In this document: positions 59,271-64,000 of the stretch, in pieces
Layout of the letters: every line of letters starts with the position of its first letter
How positions within the stretch are numbered: position 1 is the first letter of the stretch
Source: an uncultured Verrucomicrobiae bacterium
GTDB taxonomy: Bacteria; Verrucomicrobiota; Verrucomicrobiia; Chthoniobacterales; UBA10450
DNA length: 64,000 bases
NCBI GenBank assembly: GCA_963815455.1
Contig: CAWFGO010000002.1
Location: 448,001-512,000, forward strand
Reading direction: 5' to 3'
Notes under the pieces: model-generated
Told to the model about the DNA's origin: nothing
Database searches by the model: none
Seen by the model: the letters and a program-made list of their open reading frames with translations, nothing else
Program-made: the position numbers and the translations under genes

Positions 59271-60755
59271 TTATTCGCCGGCGTGGCGCCGGGATGGTTC
59301 TTTTGGCTCGGCCGCTTTTTCGACTGGTTTGTGATCGGCTTCCATCCACTCGGTGTGAAACACTCCCGGCTTATCGATGCGCTCGTAAGTATGGGCGCCG
59401 AAGAAATCGCGCTGCGATTGCAGGAGATTTGAGGGCAACCGGGCCGAGCGGTAACTATCGAAGTAGGCCAGCGATGCAGAGAACGCCGGAACAGCGACGC
59501 CATATTGGACCGCGGTGGAGACGGCGATGCGCCAGTTGTCCTGTGTTTTCTTGACGATGTCGGTGAAATAGGAATCGAGCAGCAAATTATGCAACGCCGG
59601 ATCTCGCTGATAAGCTTCGACGATCCGGTTGAGGAACTTTGCCCGGATGATGCACCCGCCGCGCCAGATGGTGGCAATGTCGCCAAAGTTCAGGTTCCAT
59701 TTGTATTGATGGCTGGCCGCGCCGAGCAGCTCCATTCCCTGGGCGTAGGAAACGATCTTCGACGCGTAAAGCGCGTCGCGGACGGCATCGATGAGTTTGG
59801 CGGGATCGCCACTGAATTTCTTTGGGTTCGGGTGGGGAAGAATCTTCGAGGCCGCGACGCGCTCATCCTTGCGCGATGAAATGACGCGTGCTTCCACGGC
59901 GGCGTTAATCGTCGAAATCACAACCGACTGCGCGATGGCGGACTGGAGCGTCCACAGACCGGTGCCTTTTTGCCCCGCCTTATCGAGAATTACATCGACA
60001 AGCGGCTTGCCGGTGTCGGGATCGATCTTGCGGAAAATCTGCGAGGTGATCTCGATCAAGTAACTATCAAGCTCGCCCTTGTTCCATTCCGTGAAGGTAT
60101 CGGCCAGTTTTTTCGGCTCCATTCCGATCACGTCTTTCAAAATGGCGTAGGCTTCGCAAATGAGCTGCATGTCGCCGTACTCGATGCCGTTGTGGACCAT
60201 CTTCACGTAATGGCCCGCACCGTCCGACCCCATGTAGCGGCAACACGGTTCGCCATCCACTTGCGCGGCGATCTTGCGAAAAATGGGCGCGATAATTTCC
60301 CAGGATTCGCGCGGGCCCCCGGGCATGAGCGATGGCCCCTTGAGCGCGCCTTCCTCGCCGCCAGAAACGCCCATGCCGACAAAATGAATTCCTTTTCCCT
60401 CGAGATCCTTGCAACGGCGTTGCGTATCGGTGAAAAGCGAATTGCCGCCGTCGATTATGACGTCGCCCTTTTCCATCAGCGGCGCGAGCTGACCGATGAC
60501 CGCGTCCACCGGTGCGCCGGCCTTGACCATGATCATGGCTTTGCGCGGTTTCTTTATGGCTCCGACAAATTCCTCCATTGTGCGCGTCGGCTGGATCTTC
60601 TTTCCCTTGCCCCGGCCGGAGGCAAATTTATCGGTAATGTCGGTGGTGCGATTGAAGACGGCGACGGAAAATCCCTTCGATTCCATGTTGAGGACGAGGT
60701 TCTCGCCCATCACCGCCAGGCCGATCAGGCCAATATCGGATTGATTCGCGCTCAT
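59271..60755 (-). CDS. gnd: 6-phosphogluconate dehydrogenase, NADP-dependent, decarboxylating
   Basis: GLAVMGENL, IDGGN, VSGGEEGA, VKMVHNGIEY, QKGTG, WRGGCIIR and QRDFFGAHTY. Confidence 0.97.
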   Translation of the reverse strand: MSANQSDIGLIGLAVMGENLVLNMESKGFSVAVFNRTTDITDKFASGRGKGKKIQPTRTMEEFVGAIKKPRKAMIMVKAGAPVDAVIGQLAPLMEKGDVIIDGGNSLFTDTQRRCKDLEGKGIHFVGMGVSGGEEGALKGPSLMPGGPRESWEIIAPIFRKIAAQVDGEPCCRYMGSDGAGHYVKMVHNGIEYGDMQLICEAYAILKDVIGMEPKKLADTFTEWNKGELDSYLIEITSQIFRKIDPDTGKPLVDVILDKAGQKGTGLWTLQSAIAQSVVISTINAAVEARVISSRKDERVAASKILPHPNPKKFSGDPAKLIDAVRDALYASKIVSYAQGMELLGAASHQYKWNLNFGDIATIWRGGCIIRAKFLNRIVEAYQRDPALHNLLLDSYFTDIVKKTQDNWRIAVSTAVQYGVAVPAFSASLAYFDSYRSARLPSNLLQSQRDFFGAHTYERIDKPGVFHTEWMEADHKPVEKAAEPKEPSRRHAGE

Positions 60756-60819
60756 TTTGGGTCTCCTTTGTTGGCGCGGCGCAACGACCGCACCTCACTC
60801 TACCGACTGACCGGAACAC

Positions 60820-61242
60820 ATGGCAAACTCCCTTTGTGAAGTTTTATTGACGGAAGCGCGCTTGGAAGCGCCGAAGAAGGATGTCGATGGTAACGCCGGG
60901 GCCATTATCGATTTCTGGGGCGTGGTCCGGGAGCTCGAGGATGATCGCGAGATTGAAGGGATCGATTACGAGGCGCACGACGCGATGGCCGAGCACCAAT
61001 TACGATTGGTGGCGGAAGAGGCGATGGAGAAGTTTCAGTTGAAGAAAGTCATCATTCATCATCGGATTGGTTTCGTGCCGGTGGGAGAAGCTTCACTGTA
61101 TCTGCAAGCCAGAGCGCCTCACCGCGCGACTGCTTTCGATGCCAGCAAATGGATCGTCGATGAACTAAAGAAAAAGGTGCCAATCTGGAAGCGGCCCGCC
61201 TTCGCCAAGGCTACGGCGCGGCAGGCCGCCGCAGCGAAATGA
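60820..61242 (+). CDS. moaE: Molybdopterin synthase catalytic subunit
   Basis: GA...F.GVVR, YEAH..MA, HRIG...VGEAS, PHR..AF and LKKKVPIWK. Confidence 0.9.
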   Translation: MANSLCEVLLTEARLEAPKKDVDGNAGAIIDFWGVVRELEDDREIEGIDYEAHDAMAEHQLRLVAEEAMEKFQLKKVIIHHRIGFVPVGEASLYLQARAPHRATAFDASKWIVDELKKKVPIWKRPAFAKATARQAAAAK

Positions 61243-61817
61243 ATTGGGCCAATCGATTAACGTTGAGTCGACTGGCGCTCACGATTCTCTTTGTCGTGGC
61301 CCTTAATTCCACCTGGCCTTATGCCCGCACAGTCGCGCTGGTTCTTTTTCTCATCGCCGGCATCACCGATTTTGTCGATGGAGAGATTGCGCGTCGCTAT
61401 GGGCACGTCACTAATTTCGGGATGTTGATGGATCCGCTGGTGGACAAAATCATGATTGCAGCAGCGTTTATCTCGCTCGTTCCGCTGAAAGCAATTCCGG
61501 CATGGGCGGCAACGACGGTCGTGGCCCGCGATTTCCTGATTACTGGTTTACGCCTGATGGCGAGCGCGAAAGGCCGTGTCTTGCCGGCGGAGCGGCTGGG
61601 CAAACAGAAGACGTCGTGGCAGGTCGTAACGGTGATCTTTTTCCTCGCGCTGCTTTCCGCCGGCGAACTTAGCCCGGAGAATGAAGGCCGGGCATGGTGG
61701 CTGTATGGCTGGGTCAAAGCCGGCCCCATCCTGGTTTGGATCACGGTCGCGCTAACCGTTTACTCGGGCTTGGGCTATGCCTGGCGCCATCGCGAATTGA
61801 TTGCGCCCGACCAATAA
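61239..61817 (+). CDS. pgsA: CDP-diacylglycerol--glycerol-3-phosphate 3-phosphatidyltransferase
   Basis: N.LT.SR, TDFVDGEIAR......FG..MDP..DK and GK.KT..Q. Confidence 0.9.
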   Translation: MNWANRLTLSRLALTILFVVALNSTWPYARTVALVLFLIAGITDFVDGEIARRYGHVTNFGMLMDPLVDKIMIAAAFISLVPLKAIPAWAATTVVARDFLITGLRLMASAKGRVLPAERLGKQKTSWQVVTVIFFLALLSAGELSPENEGRAWWLYGWVKAGPILVWITVALTVYSGLGYAWRHRELIAPDQ

Positions 61818-61835
61818 ACGACCGGCGAGCTGTTT

Positions 61836-62387
61836 CTAGAAGAGGCTTTGGGGCACCTCGACCTTGTCGCCCGGCTGAAGCCCAACGTCTTTCGAGGGAT
61901 CGCGCCGAAACTGGCGAACGTCGTAAATTGTGACTTCGCTGCCCCGCAACAAACGGACACGCTTTTGGTCGGCAAAATCATTGAACCCGCCCGCCGCATT
62001 GATCGCCGTGAGCAGCGTCATGTCTTCGGTGAACGGAATCCGGGAAGGATTTCGGACCGCGCCGCCGACGTTCACGAAACGAGCAGTCGGCTGCATCAAG
62101 ATTGTGATCGTGGGATTGGTGTAGATTCGGCCCGTGCGATACGACTGCTCGATCGACGCGGCCAGCTCGGCCGGCGTCAACCCCTCGGCTTTCACTTTAT
62201 TGATGTAAGGCAGATTAATCGAGCCGGTCACATCGACCATGTAAGTGTTGTTGACTTGAAGCTGTTCGTCCTGCGGCACGCCGCTGATTTTGAGCTCAAT
62301 CGGATCGCCGACTCGCAGGATGGCCTGGCCAAAAAGCCCGGAGGCGAAGGCGAAGGAAAGAAAAAATCCGAGGGCTATCGCGCGCAT
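61836..62387 (-). CDS. Polysaccharide biosynthesis/export protein (Wza-like, Poly_export + SLBB)
   Basis: GD...I, G.INLPYI..V.A.GLT, V.VGGAV..P, TLL.AI..AGGF and LQPGD. Confidence 0.88.
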   Translation of the reverse strand: MRAIALGFFLSFAFASGLFGQAILRVGDPIELKISGVPQDEQLQVNNTYMVDVTGSINLPYINKVKAEGLTPAELAASIEQSYRTGRIYTNPTITILMQPTARFVNVGGAVRNPSRIPFTEDMTLLTAINAAGGFNDFADQKRVRLLRGSEVTIYDVRQFRRDPSKDVGLQPGDKVEVPQSLF

Positions 62388-64000
62388 TAGTATTCCTCCA
62401 GTTCGGACGCGCCGTTGGTTTTCGCTGTGCTGGCGGTCTTACGTTTCCGGCTGCCGCGCCCCTTATGATCGTCCTTTTCGCGCGGTGAGTAATAGCCGTA
62501 GTAATTGGTGTAGTAATAGTAGTTCTGATCGTGCTTCAGATCGACGTTGTTCAGCACCACGCCCAGGACAGTTCCGCCAACTCCCGCGATGGCCTGCTTG
62601 ACCCGGAGGAGCATCGCTCGCGGGAACCGCCGATGTTGCACAATGATGATTGTTTGATCGACTTCGCTGGCCAGCACCGAAGCGTCGCTCACGCCGAGAA
62701 CGGGCGGCGAATCGAAGAAGACCATGTCGTAGCGCAATTTTAGCTCGGCCACGAGATCGGACATGCGCTGCGAGTTGAGAATGCCCACCGCGTCGGCCGG
62801 AAGAATGCCGCTGGGCATAAGGGAGAGGTTTTCCACTCCAGTCGGGACAATCACCTCTTCCAACCCCATCTCGGTAGTGAGATAATTGGTTAGCCCGATT
62901 TGATTGCTTTGGTCGAACAAGGTGTGTTGAACCGGGCGGCGCAAGTCCGCATCGACAATGAGCGTTGAATAACCGCCCTGGGCGGAGATAAAGGCAAGAT
63001 TGGCAATGGTGGTGGATTTGCCTTCGCCTGGTCCGCCGCTGGCCACTGAGATCGTGTTAGCGGCGGGATTTTTTCGATTGAACTCGATGTTGGTTCGCAG
63101 AATCCGATAGGCCTCGGCATCCGGCGTGTCGCCCGTTTCCTTATGGAGGACTTTGATGTTCTTCGGAATGATGGCCAGCACGGGCACGCCGAGCAGGCTT
63201 TCCACGTCCTCCATCGTCTTCACGCTGGTATCGAGATATTCAATGAAGAAGGCCAAGCCCAGTCCCACCACCAGCCCAACCAGCGCCCCGAGCATCAGGT
63301 TCAAACTGACCCGCGGACGCGCCGCGCGAGTGGGCGGCTCGGCCGGTTCTTTGACGCTAATAGCGACGCGCGGCATAGCCAATTCCATCGTCTGCGTTTG
63401 CGCGCGCATCCGGACGCTGTCGAGCAACAGCTTCTCCTTGATGTAACTGTTCTTGGCCCGGGCATAACTCGCGCTCAGGTTTTTCGAATTGAGCTGCTTC
63501 TGATTGATCTCGGTCAATCGCTTCGACAATGAATCCCGGGTCGTTTCCGCGCTCTTTAAGTTTTTCTCCATTGCGCTGCGAACGATGGCGACCTGCTCTT
63601 CGAGTTGTCGCAGATAAACCTGCTTCGTTGCCCGCAGCGCTTTCACCCGGGGATGATTTTCATCCAGGCCGGAATTCAACAGTTGCGCTTCCATGGCGAC
63701 GGCCTCCTGGAACATGGGCAGGATCTTGAGAATCGTCGGGTCTTGAATGCTGAGGGTGGGCAGCATCCTCATCAGGTCTTCGCCTTTGAGAGTTTCGATT
63801 TGTTGAAGCTGGTTCTTGAGGGTGGCGGCTTTTGTGTCCGCGTCGTTGACCTCGCCCTCCTGTTTCATCACCATGCTGTTTAGCGGCGTCACCGCGTCCT
63901 CAGTGCCCTCCGGATTAAGATCGATAATGTGTTCCTCGTCCCGAATTCGCGCCACTTCGACTGAGGCTTCGTCCACTTTCTTCTGCTGCTTCGCGACCTG
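62387..64000 (-). CDS. Polysaccharide copolymerase / BY-kinase (Wzc-like); 5' end outside the window
   Basis: EAYR.LRTN, Walker A GPGEGKSTT, DADLRRP, FDSPP and C-terminal Tyr cluster YYYYTNYYGYY. Confidence 0.92.
   Translation of the reverse strand, partial: QVAKQQKKVDEASVEVARIRDEEHIIDLNPEGTEDAVTPLNSMVMKQEGEVNDADTKAATLKNQLQQIETLKGEDLMRMLPTLSIQDPTILKILPMFQEAVAMEAQLLNSGLDENHPRVKALRATKQVYLRQLEEQVAIVRSAMEKNLKSAETTRDSLSKRLTEINQKQLNSKNLSASYARAKNSYIKEKLLLDSVRMRAQTQTMELAMPRVAISVKEPAEPPTRAARPRVSLNLMLGALVGLVVGLGLAFFIEYLDTSVKTMEDVESLLGVPVLAIIPKNIKVLHKETGDTPDAEAYRILRTNIEFNRKNPAANTISVASGGPGEGKSTTIANLAFISAQGGYSTLIVDADLRRPVQHTLFDQSNQIGLTNYLTTEMGLEEVIVPTGVENLSLMPSGILPADAVGILNSQRMSDLVAELKLRYDMVFFDSPPVLGVSDASVLASEVDQTIIIVQHRRFPRAMLLRVKQAIAGVGGTVLGVVLNNVDLKHDQNYYYYTNYYGYYSPREKDDHKGRGSRKRKTASTAKTNGASELEEY

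Overview
A 64 kb, moderately GC-rich chromosomal segment. Gene content and TGTTC-N4-GAACA LexA boxes suggest a soil Verrucomicrobium (Chthoniobacterales/Spartobacteria-like); this is an inference. Most genes are housekeeping: folB, rpoN, guaD-nadC-birA, tRNA-Lys, a YbhG/F/R-like ABC exporter, lexA, iscA, dusB, lptG, dinG, imuB-dnaE2, gnd, moaE, pgsA and wza/wzc. More than a dozen genes carry single-base frameshifts, and there is a fold-back duplication at 25.5-26.8 kb. Both look like long-read artefacts rather than pseudogenisation. The best candidate for an undescribed system is at 3.4-8.6 kb: two paralogous secreted proteins with a VHxTQ motif, each behind a conserved promoter-like element, followed by an SdpA-like protein, an HTTM/SdpB-like membrane enzyme and a membrane class III cyclase-TPR protein. 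Also notable: palindromic REP-like elements inserted in frame in dnaE2, imuB and nadC; an N-terminally truncated imuB with no imuA behind a perfect LexA box; a pair of small secreted IFSxRG proteins divergent from rpoN with a sigma54-like promoter; a sulfotransferase/sulfatase cluster after tRNA-Lys; and two candidate structured RNAs.
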